The notes under the pieces were generated by a model. The model made no database searches. It was not told where the DNA came from and saw only the letters and a list, made by a program, of their open reading frames with translations. Position numbers and translations under genes: made by a program. Shown one piece after another: positions 11,012 to 21,974 of a stretch of 46,556 bases of DNA (positions are counted from its first letter, which is position 1; each line of letters begins with the position of its first letter). Source of the DNA: an uncultured Opitutales bacterium (GTDB taxonomy: Bacteria > Verrucomicrobiota > Verrucomicrobiia > Opitutales > CAZCJJ01); assembly GCA_964499045.1 (NCBI GenBank), contig CAZCJJ010000004.1:1-46556 (forward strand). Direction: 5' to 3'.

Positions 11012-11042
11012 AAAGCCCTCCGGTTATCCGGAGGGCTTTTTT
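11012..11042 (+). terminator. Rho-independent terminator after groEL
   Basis: AAAGCCCTCCGG-TTAT-CCGGAGGGCTTT followed by a T-run. Confidence 0.8.
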
Positions 11043-11096
11043 GTAGCCCTCTTCTGCTTGCTAAAGTGTTTTGACGGGGCTACTCTTCTTTCCACT

Positions 11097-11567
11097 ATGG
11101 CAAAGAAAAACCAAAAGAAAACCCAGCCCAAGGGTCTGGATAAACTATTACAATCACTCGGGTTTGTGTTGGCAGATACCTATGCGCTGACCGCTCAGAC
11201 TCACCTCGCTCACTGGAACGTGGAAGGCAGAAGCTTTTTCCAACTCCATGGGGCTTTTGAAGAGCAGTATGACGAACTCTTTGAAGCCACCGATGAAATT
11301 GCGGAACGTATCCGGGCATTGGGGGGCTTGGCTCCGGGCGGACTACGCACTTTGTCAGAACTCTCCAAGGTCAAGGAAATCAAACCAACCACCGATGCCA
11401 GCGTTCTTCTCGAAGGGCTGATTGCCGCACACGAAGCAACCGTCCAGGATCTGAAGGTTGCGCGCGATTTGGCTGCCGATTTGGATGACAAGGAAACCGA
11501 AGACCTCTGCATCAGCCGTATTCAATGGCATCAGAAGATTCTCTGGATGCTCAAAAGCAGCCGGTAA
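11097..11567 (+). CDS. dps: Dps family DNA-protection / ferritin-like protein
   Basis: HLAHWNVEG..FFQLHGAFEEQYDEL..DEIAERIRALGG matches the Dps ferroxidase-site pattern. Start trimmed from TTG 11058 to ATG 11097. Confidence 0.85.
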   Translation: MAKKNQKKTQPKGLDKLLQSLGFVLADTYALTAQTHLAHWNVEGRSFFQLHGAFEEQYDELFEATDEIAERIRALGGLAPGGLRTLSELSKVKEIKPTTDASVLLEGLIAAHEATVQDLKVARDLAADLDDKETEDLCISRIQWHQKILWMLKSSR

Positions 11568-11572
11568 GTTTT

Positions 11573-12451
11573 TTATAGGGGCTGGAAGCGGATGCCTTCC
11601 AGCGAAGGCAGAGGGCCGGCCAGTTGCTCTGGATCAAAGAGGGTCGGATCCAGGTGGATTCCCACAGCGGCGGACATGACCCGGAAGCGGCTCTTGTCGT
11701 TATCCGGTCTTTCGATCAGGTCAATGGTCCGTACAATATACTGACCATTAACCTCCTTGAAGCTGAGGACGTTAATCGTTCGGGTCCGTTCATCCTCACT
11801 ATCGAAAACATGGGCCTCCAACAAGGCATGGTAATGGGCATGCAAGGCGCCTTGAACCCGGGTCATACCCGGATTGCTTTTGACAAAGGATTCCGGGGCC
11901 TGCCACACAAACAAGTGAGCCGGTTGGCCGGATACACGTCGGGATCCTTCATAGTAAAACTCATCCCAATAAACAAAGGGCATCAGGAGATCGAAGGCTG
12001 TGTAATTAGCTCCTTCGATCAGGGGCTGGCCCATGGCCTCTTCAGACAATGTGACCACATTCCCATCCGGATCTTGTTTCCAAACCACCGGATGTTCACC
12101 TCCCTGTACGATCAGATTGAGCAGGAGCCGGTCCGGATCGGAGGGATTCCACAAGGCCATGCGGAAAAGCGGCCCTTTCTCATTCCAGGTTCCCCACAGG
12201 ATGCCTTGATAGGGAATGGTCGCCCCCCGGCGAGGAAGGTAGGAAAGATCAAAATCAAAAACAAAATCCCCGGCCAGGCGCTGATGCCGGAAATGGTGCA
12301 TTAATGCGCGGCCCTCTTCCTGGTTGATTCCCCGGACATCGGGAATGCGGCGTCCACGTTCCCCTGGCTGGCCTTGCCCCTGCCCCCAAACCGGGATAAG
12401 CATCAGCGCAACGAGAATAACAAAGACAGGCCTACAGAGCAGCTTTCTCAT
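11573..12451 (-). CDS. Hypothetical secreted protein (292 aa)
   Basis: Clear N-terminal signal peptide. No confident family assignment; a LolA-like fold is only a guess. Confidence 0.55.
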   Translation of the reverse strand: MRKLLCRPVFVILVALMLIPVWGQGQGQPGERGRRIPDVRGINQEEGRALMHHFRHQRLAGDFVFDFDLSYLPRRGATIPYQGILWGTWNEKGPLFRMALWNPSDPDRLLLNLIVQGGEHPVVWKQDPDGNVVTLSEEAMGQPLIEGANYTAFDLLMPFVYWDEFYYEGSRRVSGQPAHLFVWQAPESFVKSNPGMTRVQGALHAHYHALLEAHVFDSEDERTRTINVLSFKEVNGQYIVRTIDLIERPDNDKSRFRVMSAAVGIHLDPTLFDPEQLAGPLPSLEGIRFQPL

Positions 12452-12506
12452 GGTATGAATAGATGATGAACAGAGCCCCTGCTCCGTCCAACGGTCCAGC
12501 TGAGTA

Positions 12507-12944
12507 TTAGTCCTCGGAAGTCACTGCTGGTTCCGTCGGGGCTTCAACCTCGGCAGACACATCTTCGATGCGCAGTTCATCGGGAAGCACAGTCAGGCTG
12601 TCTGTGGTTGTTCTTGGCAACACGGTAATGGCATCACCTTCCGCTTCCGGATCGGCCAGAGTTGGCAAGGTACCAGTCCCGTATACGCTTCCGCTATCCA
12701 TGGAAGACATGTGGGCCAGATAAAGACCAAAGGCCAGGGCAAAGAAAAGAACCGCTCCAATGATCGTGGCACGGGTTAAAACATTGCCGGCTTCACCGCC
12801 CAATGCACTCTCGGCTGCTCCACCCCCAAGAGCTGAACCCATGCCGGAATTGGAGCTTGCCCGCTGCATCAGCACAACCAGTATCAGAAAGGCACTGACG
12901 AGCACCAGTACGACCGTAAAAAAACCAATAAGAATCGCTGTCAT
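12507..12944 (-). CDS. secG: Preprotein translocase subunit SecG with a long acidic C-terminal extension
   Basis: Two TM helices flank a Gly-rich loop (SGMGSALGGGAAESALGG), followed by LTRATIIGAVLFF. Confidence 0.75.
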   Translation of the reverse strand: MTAILIGFFTVVLVLVSAFLILVVLMQRASSNSGMGSALGGGAAESALGGEAGNVLTRATIIGAVLFFALAFGLYLAHMSSMDSGSVYGTGTLPTLADPEAEGDAITVLPRTTTDSLTVLPDELRIEDVSAEVEAPTEPAVTSED

Positions 12945-13014
12945 AAAATCAAAACGGTGGAAATTAGCACCGCCTGACGAGGATTCAACCTTAAAGTGAA
13001 AAATAGGAAGCGCA

Positions 13015-15630
<2,616 letters not shown>

Positions 15631-15641
15631 ACTCACCTCCC

Positions 15642-15657
15642 TGCAGGTACCGTTCCA
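15642..15657 (-). promoter_or_regulatory. Sigma-54-type -24/-12-like motif upstream of clpB
   Basis: The minus strand reads TGGAAC-GGTAC-CTGCA. The GG and GC dinucleotides have the same spacing as the dnaK motif. It is followed by GGGAGGTGAGT-ATG. Confidence 0.3.
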
Positions 15658-15813
15658 AAAGACATCAGGCCATAGTAGCCTGATAATGAAGGGATTACAA
15701 TTAAATAGAATAGACTACCCAGGACAATTTGCCCCCAATGATACCGAGGTCGCGTCAAAAGTGCCATTTTGTCACGCCCACAAATGGGTGGCTATCTTGA
15801 TCGTATCCGCTGG

Positions 15814-15827
15814 TTTCAAATTTGAAA
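15814..15827. promoter_or_regulatory. Perfect 14-bp palindrome in the divergent clpB/hemN intergenic region
   Basis: TTTCAAATTTGAAA. Confidence 0.3.
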
Positions 15828-15887
15828 TTATCAATCTCAAATCCTTTTTCATGCCCTGCCTTGACCTATCCGGATCCGCATGGGAAT

Positions 15888-17333
15888 ATGTCCCTTTACA
15901 GAACAGTCCAGCACATGACCATAGCATCCAAAACCAACGGCTCCCGCCATATTGACGCTCTTCCGGAAGCCGTCTTTTCCATGGACCTGATCCGCAAGTA
16001 CAACCGGCCGGGTCCACGTTATACCTCCTACCCGACCGCCCCCCATTTCAGAGGGGACATGGACCCGGATCTCCTGATCGGTGCTTTACGGGATCCGGCC
16101 GCCGCCGAACGTCCGCTTTCACTGTACCTGCACCTGCCTTTCTGCGAATCCAACTGCTGGTTCTGCGGCTGTACCAAGATCATCACCCGCGATCACTCCT
16201 CGGCAGACCGTTATCTGGACTATCTGGAGAAAGAAGTTTCCCTGATCGCAAAACTCATCGACCCCAACAGACAGGTCGTCCAGTTGCACTTGGGGGGTGG
16301 AACGCCGACATTCTTTTCAGCCGAACAGCTCGAACGTTTGGGCCGTATCCTCAAGTCAACCTTCATCTTTCATCCGGAAAGTGAAAACGGGGTGGAAATC
16401 GACCCCCGTCATTTGAACCCGGAGCAAGTTAAAGCACTCAGGTCTCTCGGCTTCAACCGCGCCTCCCTTGGTGTTCAGGACAACAACCCGGAGGTCCAGA
16501 AGGCGGTCCACCGCATCCAGCCGATGGAGATGACTGCCCAAAGCGTGCAGTGGCTGCGCGATGAAGGCTTTCAATCGATCAATCTGGACCTGATCTACGG
16601 GCTGCCCCTGCAGACCGAGGAAGGGTTTGCCCAAACGGTGAACGACATCCTGACGCTGCGGCCCGACCGGATTGCGCTCTTCAGCTACGCCCATGTCCCC
16701 TGGATCAAGCCTTCACAGAAGATTTTTGACAAAAAAAACAATCTGCCGGACAGCGACACCAAGCTCGCCATCCTCAAGCAAACCTGTGCCCAGTTAGCCG
16801 AACATGGCTACCTGTATATCGGGATGGACCACTTTGCCCTCGAACACGACGACCTCGTTCAGGCCCAGAGGTCACACCGGCTCCAGCGCAACTTCCAAGG
16901 CTACAGTACCCAGGCCGGAGCAGACATTTGCGGACTCGGTATGTCCGCCATTTCCCAGACGGCGGACACTTACCGCCAGAATGCCAAAGATCTCCTCGTT
17001 TATTACAAATCACTGGATGAAGGACGCCTGCCCGTCACCGGCGGTTATATCCTGACCCACGATGACCATATCCGACGGGAAACCATCATGCGCATCATGT
17101 GCGACCTGAAGCTTTCCTTTGCCGACCTCTCGGCAAAACTGGACATTGATTTTCCGGAATACTTTAAAAACGAAATCCAGGCACTCACCCCCATGGCCGA
17201 AGACGGCCTGGTCGAGATCTCCTCCGAATCCATCCAGGTCACCCCCGTGGGCCGCTTCCTTATCCGGAACATCGCCATGTGCTTCGACGCCTACCTCGAA
17301 CGCAAACAGGCACGCTATTCGAAGACGATTTGA
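15888..17333 (+). CDS. hemN: Oxygen-independent coproporphyrinogen III oxidase (radical SAM, HemN)
   Basis: LIRKYNRPGPRYTSYPTA N-terminal signature and CxxxCxxC (CESNCWFC). Start is uncertain: ATG 15888 or ATG 15915, with the TTG at 15822 unlikely. Confidence 0.9.
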   Translation: MSLYRTVQHMTIASKTNGSRHIDALPEAVFSMDLIRKYNRPGPRYTSYPTAPHFRGDMDPDLLIGALRDPAAAERPLSLYLHLPFCESNCWFCGCTKIITRDHSSADRYLDYLEKEVSLIAKLIDPNRQVVQLHLGGGTPTFFSAEQLERLGRILKSTFIFHPESENGVEIDPRHLNPEQVKALRSLGFNRASLGVQDNNPEVQKAVHRIQPMEMTAQSVQWLRDEGFQSINLDLIYGLPLQTEEGFAQTVNDILTLRPDRIALFSYAHVPWIKPSQKIFDKKNNLPDSDTKLAILKQTCAQLAEHGYLYIGMDHFALEHDDLVQAQRSHRLQRNFQGYSTQAGADICGLGMSAISQTADTYRQNAKDLLVYYKSLDEGRLPVTGGYILTHDDHIRRETIMRIMCDLKLSFADLSAKLDIDFPEYFKNEIQALTPMAEDGLVEISSESIQVTPVGRFLIRNIAMCFDAYLERKQARYSKTI

Positions 17334-17355
17334 ATGTGCTGGGTCCGATCTTTAG

Positions 17356-17625
17356 TTAAGGGAACTTTCGATAAATATCCCCCCGGCTGAGAAACCGAAT
17401 GATCCGTAAACCACTATCTGTTCGCTTCAGGCCAAGCCGATAGTCGCCTATGCGAATCCGGAAAAAATCAGGATGCCCCTTCATCGCTTTTACGCTCGAA
17501 AGGCTATCCAATGTCTCCGTGTTCTCCAACTCAAGGAGTATCGCCTTGACTCGATCCAAAAGTGTACGATCCCGAACCTTGCGCAGATCCCGTTCAAAAG
17601 ATTTGTGATATTCAAGCCTCATCAT
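17356..17625 (-). CDS. Type II toxin, RelE/ParE family
   Basis: About 89 aa with FFRIRIGDYRLGL...RFLSRGDIY, typical of RelE/ParE. Its start overlaps the upstream small ORF by 14 nt. Confidence 0.8.
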   Translation of the reverse strand: MMRLEYHKSFERDLRKVRDRTLLDRVKAILLELENTETLDSLSSVKAMKGHPDFFRIRIGDYRLGLKRTDSGLRIIRFLSRGDIYRKFP

Positions 17626-17818
17626 CGAGGACTGCGAAGATCGCTTCACGGGAAACTAATTCGGTCGACTCTCCGGCTATCAGGGACTCCATAAAAAGCT
17701 TATCTTCAATCACTTCCTCAATTATACGAGCAAAGAGTTCACGATTCTGCTCGAATATCTCGGAAACAGATTCTTTGATAATGCCTTTCAATTCTTCCTT
17801 TTCGACTGATATGCTCAT
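17612..17818 (-). CDS. Putative cognate antitoxin (68 aa, acidic)
   Basis: Small acidic ORF immediately upstream of, and overlapping, the toxin gene. Confidence 0.6.
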   Translation of the reverse strand: MSISVEKEELKGIIKESVSEIFEQNRELFARIIEEVIEDKLFMESLIAGESTELVSREAIFAVLDDEA

Positions 17819-18113
17819 AATTATACTCTACTTTGGGGCTGCAATTAGTCAATCGGCAACATCGAGGGGTGATTTGTTTGGCAGAATGTTGAGGGCCATC
17901 GCCTGCCCCACCCCCTGACGGGCGCAGCTACGTAGCCGCGTTTGTAAAAACGTGGCCTGATCCAATCCCCCCCTGACCAGAACTATTCAGAAATTTTTGG
18001 CAAAGACGATACACCTATATTTTGTGAGCTTCTGCTTCGTTCTGACTAGGATTAAGATTAAGATTATGGGTTGAGAAAGAAGGGGGGAAGATCCTAATCC
18101 AATGCCATCGCCC

Positions 18114-18893
18114 TCAATGGGCGGTGTAGCCACCGTCCACATAGAGCAGCGAGCCCGTCATGTATGCGGAAGCATTAGATAAAAGGAATACTACCGGGCC
18201 ACCAAGGTCATCCTCTGTTGCCATACGCCCAAGATAGGTTTGGCGTTCGTAATTCTTCACAAAACGTTCCGGCTGATTGTTGAAAAAGCCACCGGGAATC
18301 ACACAATTGACCCGAACTTGCGACCGCCCAAGCAAGGCGGCATAATAACGAGTCAGGTTGTTCATCCCCGCCTTGTGGAAAAAATAATCCGGAGGAGGCG
18401 TCCCCATTTCCGTCCCCTCATATAGACTGAAATCAGGTCCCACCGTCCCCTGGATCGACCCTACATTAACAATGCTCCCACCCTTCTGCTTCACCATCAT
18501 CGCACCCAAATAGCGGTGCATCAGCCAAACTCCGGTTGCATTGACTCGCATGGACAATTCCCAGTCCTCAACCGGTGCATCCTCCCTTTTCATGCTGCGA
18601 ATCACACTGTTGTTGACCAGGCCGTCCAGGCGCCCGTGTTCAGCTTGAATACGGTCACGAAGCTCCACGATCGATCCCTCCGAGCCCTGATCAAAACTCA
18701 TGGCCTCCACATCATGCCCCTTGGACCGCTCTTCCTCAGCAACTTGAGCACAACTGTCCAGATTGCGGGAGGCCACAATCAGTTTTGCACCCGCTGAAGC
18801 CAAAGCCCCGGCCAAGGTCCGGCCATACAGGCCCGCGGCCCCGGTCAAAAGCACCACTTTCCCTGCTAAAGAAAAACTTTTCAACATATCCAC
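18114..18893 (-). CDS. SDR family oxidoreductase
   Basis: TGAAGLYG cofactor motif and YFFHK (YxxxK) catalytic motif. Confidence 0.85.
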   Translation of the reverse strand: MDMLKSFSLAGKVVLLTGAAGLYGRTLAGALASAGAKLIVASRNLDSCAQVAEEERSKGHDVEAMSFDQGSEGSIVELRDRIQAEHGRLDGLVNNSVIRSMKREDAPVEDWELSMRVNATGVWLMHRYLGAMMVKQKGGSIVNVGSIQGTVGPDFSLYEGTEMGTPPPDYFFHKAGMNNLTRYYAALLGRSQVRVNCVIPGGFFNNQPERFVKNYERQTYLGRMATEDDLGGPVVFLLSNASAYMTGSLLYVDGGYTAH

Positions 18894-18899
18894 CGCTTT

Positions 18900-18911
18900 A
18901 TTGTCGACAAT
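18900..18911. promoter_or_regulatory. Perfect 12-bp palindrome, candidate GntR-type operator in a divergent promoter
   Basis: ATTGTCGACAAT lies between the SDR gene (start 18893) and the Gfo/Idh/MocA gene (start 18944). A half-site-like TGTCGAAC follows at 18920-18927. Confidence 0.35.
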
Positions 18912-18943
18912 GACGGCAATGTCGAACTTTATTTGATTATTCG

Positions 18944-19966
18944 ATGGGTAATCAGAAACATCATATTCTCATTCTGGGGGCTGGCAGCATTGGCCAGAGG
19001 CATCTCCAGTGCTTCATGCAGACAGGGCTTTGTCAGGTTTCGATCTGTGACAGCAACGCTGATCTGGTCGCGGATATCGGGAAAAAGCACGGGGTCGCGG
19101 CTTACACTGATCTGGATGAAGCGCTGGCCACCGGGGTAACTGCGGTTGTCATCTGTACCCCTGCGCAAACCCATATTCCTTTGGGAATCCGGTGCCTGGA
19201 AGCCGGATGCCACATACTGATGGAGAAGCCACTGGCTGTGACCGAGGATCGCCTGGATGAGCTGCAGGACAAGCTGGCAGATTCGGATCGCGTCTTTCAC
19301 ATGGCTTATGTGCATCGGAACCATCCGTGCGTACGCCGGGCCTATTCATTTATTCAGGAAAACGACCTCGGTCCACTGGGCAATATTCTATACCATGGAG
19401 GCCAACACTTCCCCACATTCCGTCCGGCCTACCGGGAAATTTATTACAACAACCACGCCACCGGGGGCGGTGCCATCCAGGATTGTCTCACTCATTTTTT
19501 CGATTTGATGCAGCATCTGGCAGGGCCGATCACCGAAATTTCCTGCCTTGCCAGCCATCGCATACTTCCCGGGGTGGAGGTTGAGGACACCGTAACCGCC
19601 ATTGCCCGGCATGGCGATGCCTTGGCCACTTACAGCCTCAATCAGTTTCAGGCCCCCAACGAAAATACTATTCAATTAAATTTCGAACGGGGAAGCGTAC
19701 TGATTGAAATTCACCGTCAGCGCTGGGCCTATTACTTACATGGCAAAGACGAATGGGTGTACGAGGAGACTCCCCTGCGTGATCGCAACCATCTTTTCCA
19801 ACTACAAGCTGAAACCTTTATTCGAGCTTTACATGGAGATTCCACCTGGCTGGGGGATTTGGCCAGTGGTATTCACAATTTGAAAGTCAACCGGGCTGCC
19901 TTGGAATCATCCCAAACCCGCATATCTTGTGAGATAAGCGGAATAACCCGAATGGCACTTAGTTAA
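18944..19966 (+). CDS. Gfo/Idh/MocA family oxidoreductase
   Basis: N-terminal Rossmann motif ILILGAGSIGQRH and an EKPLA motif. Confidence 0.85.
   Translation: MGNQKHHILILGAGSIGQRHLQCFMQTGLCQVSICDSNADLVADIGKKHGVAAYTDLDEALATGVTAVVICTPAQTHIPLGIRCLEAGCHILMEKPLAVTEDRLDELQDKLADSDRVFHMAYVHRNHPCVRRAYSFIQENDLGPLGNILYHGGQHFPTFRPAYREIYYNNHATGGGAIQDCLTHFFDLMQHLAGPITEISCLASHRILPGVEVEDTVTAIARHGDALATYSLNQFQAPNENTIQLNFERGSVLIEIHRQRWAYYLHGKDEWVYEETPLRDRNHLFQLQAETFIRALHGDSTWLGDLASGIHNLKVNRAALESSQTRISCEISGITRMALS
19917..19948 (+). repeat. Second copy of the 32-nt repeat seen at 6703..6734
   Basis: Same 22-nt core, GCATATCTTGTGAGATAAGCGG. Here it encodes the last residues of the oxidoreductase ORF. Confidence 0.5.
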
Positions 19967-20009
19967 GGTGGACTATCGAAATCGACGCCAATGAGAATTC
20001 GGATTTTTC

Positions 20010-20075
20010 TTCGGAGTGGAAAGGAGCACGGGCGTCCCGCCCGTGTTATTCCAAGTTCGTGGGCAGGATGCCCAC
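20010..20075. repeat. Head-to-head pair of GC-rich hairpin repeat units
   Basis: AAAGGAGC-ACGGGCG-TCC-CGCCCGT (20010-20034), a 13-nt spacer, then CGTGGGCA-GGA-TGCCCACG-CTCCTTTTT (20048-20075). Confidence 0.65.
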
Positions 20076-20216
20076 GCTCCTTTTTGTTCCGGCTTTCGTC
20101 TTCACTGAGTTACGCCGCGCCAAGTCGTCGGACTTGCTCCGTCGATTGCGGTAAACAGCCCCGATAAAGACCCTTAACCAAGCGCCATTAGGGATAACCC
20201 ACTCTTCAATTCTATT

Positions 20217-21038
20217 ATGAAAAAACAGAATCCTTATCAAAGCCGCGTATTGCAGAAACTGCGCAATAACGAGTCCGCAACCGGCTACAAAATCAATTTT
20301 GCCGATCCAAGGGTCGTCGAAGTGATCAGCCTGACCGGAGTCGATGCGGTCTGGCTCTGCCATGAGCATGTCCCCAACGACTGGCTGATGCTGGAAAATC
20401 AGATAAGGGCCGCGCAACTTTACGGTGTGGATTCCATTGTTCGCATCTCCAAGGGATCCTACAGCGACTACATCCGTCCCTTCGAAGCAGGAGCCACCGG
20501 CATCATGGTCCCGCATGTCACCACCGCCGATGAGGCCAGGCAGGTGGTTTCCATGACCCGTTTCCGGGCATTGGGGAAAAGAGCGATTGACGGCGGCAAC
20601 CGGGACGCCCTGTTCTGCAACCTCTCGCTCTCCGACTATATTCAGACAGCCAACAAGGACCGTTTCATTATCATCCAAATCGAATCGCCGGAAGCTGTGG
20701 ATGCGGTTGAATCGATTGCAGCTGTCGAGGGTTATGACATTCTCCTGTTTGGTGCCGGTGATTACGCACATCTGACCGGCAATCTCGATAATCCGAATTG
20801 TCCGGAGGTCACTCAAGCCCGGCAACGCGTCGCCAAAGCCGCGCGGCAAAACGGGAAGTGGGCCATGTCCGCAGGACTTCCCGTCCCCCGCCAACAACTG
20901 GAGGATGAAGGTTTCTCCTTCTTCATACTTGGAGCCGATGTCGTTTCACTTGGAAATGCAGTCAAAGCCAGCGTGCAAAACTTCGGCGGGGGAAGCAGCG
21001 ATAAAACGAGTCCAAGGCCCTGCGCAGGCGAAAGCTGA
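20217..21038 (+). CDS. HpcH/HpaI family aldolase (2-keto-3-deoxy-sugar-acid aldolase-like)
   Basis: Family-typical pattern: PRVVEVISLTGVDAVWLCHEH..., IVRI, EAGATGIMVPHVTTADEARQVV. Confidence 0.85.
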   Translation: MKKQNPYQSRVLQKLRNNESATGYKINFADPRVVEVISLTGVDAVWLCHEHVPNDWLMLENQIRAAQLYGVDSIVRISKGSYSDYIRPFEAGATGIMVPHVTTADEARQVVSMTRFRALGKRAIDGGNRDALFCNLSLSDYIQTANKDRFIIIQIESPEAVDAVESIAAVEGYDILLFGAGDYAHLTGNLDNPNCPEVTQARQRVAKAARQNGKWAMSAGLPVPRQQLEDEGFSFFILGADVVSLGNAVKASVQNFGGGSSDKTSPRPCAGES

Positions 21039-21970
21039 TGAACACCATGGGATCCGATATTAAAATTGCGATGCTGGGAATGATCCCCGGTAACGGGCAT
21101 CCCTATTCATGGTCAGCTATTATCAATGGCTATGACAAGGCCGCCATGGCTTCCTGCCCCTACCCGGTCATTATCGAATACTTGTCAGCCCAAGCCGAAG
21201 GCAGCGTCAACATCCCCGGGGCATGCGTCACCCATATCTGGACCGATGACCCCTCCGAAGCACTGCAGGTCGCTGCAGCCGCTCTGATAGATCATGTCGT
21301 GGATAAACCGGAGGATGTCATCGGCAAAGTAGATGCGGTGATTATTGCCACTGATGACGGAGCTGATCACAGCCGGAGGGCCGAACCTTTTATTCAGGCA
21401 GGCATTCCCGTCTTCATTGACAAACCGCTGGCCACCACCGGGACGGAGCTGAAAACCTTTGTTCAGTGGAAAGAGCAGGGTTCAGCCATTTTGTCATCCA
21501 GCGGAATGCGCTACGCCCGTGAATTTGAAGTACTCGGCCAGCATCCTTGGAAATGGATCACTGGAGTTGTTGGCAACACCTGGGAACGCTATGGTATCCA
21601 TTTGCTCGAGCCGGTATACCGCTCACTTGGGCCTGGTTTTAAATCCATCCGCTGTCACACCAGCTCCCACGGCGAATACTTTCACCTTGAACATACCTGC
21701 GGCACGGACGTCACCCTCGCAATCAATCCAAGTGTCAAAAAAGCCGGGTTGCAATTCCATGCCTATGGTCAGGATGAGCACCTCAACATACGGCTCCAGG
21801 ACAACTATCAGGCTTTTCGCCGTCAATTGCTCGCCGTAGTGAACTGGTTCAAGACCGGGGAAGACCCCTATCCCTTCTCCGAAACGGTTCAGATGATGGA
21901 GATTCTTCTCGCCGGCATCACCAGCCGCAAACAGGGAGGTGCTCTGATTACCCTCAACAAAACCGATTAG
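21038..21970 (+). CDS. Gfo/Idh/MocA-like oxidoreductase (divergent)
   Basis: IKIAMLG N-terminus and FIDKPLA motif. Its start overlaps the aldolase stop (TGATG). Confidence 0.6.
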   Translation: MNTMGSDIKIAMLGMIPGNGHPYSWSAIINGYDKAAMASCPYPVIIEYLSAQAEGSVNIPGACVTHIWTDDPSEALQVAAAALIDHVVDKPEDVIGKVDAVIIATDDGADHSRRAEPFIQAGIPVFIDKPLATTGTELKTFVQWKEQGSAILSSSGMRYAREFEVLGQHPWKWITGVVGNTWERYGIHLLEPVYRSLGPGFKSIRCHTSSHGEYFHLEHTCGTDVTLAINPSVKKAGLQFHAYGQDEHLNIRLQDNYQAFRRQLLAVVNWFKTGEDPYPFSETVQMMEILLAGITSRKQGGALITLNKTD

Positions 21971-21974
21971 CAAT

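Noticed and set aside
15822-15834. TTGAAATTATCAA as an FNR box for hemN.
   Set aside because: The half-site spacing is one nucleotide shorter than the TTGAT-N4-ATCAA consensus. I mention it only as a caveat in the palindrome finding.
18050-18067. Tandem hexamers GATTAA-GATTAA-GATTAT.
   Set aside because: Only three units in an AT-rich spacer, with no obvious functional context.
19926-19948. Resemblance of TTGTGAGATAAGCGGAATAACC to the E. coli lac operator (TTGTGAGCGGATAACAA).
   Set aside because: The match requires a 4-nt insertion, the sequence is not palindromic here, and it lies at a gene end rather than in a promoter. Probably coincidence.
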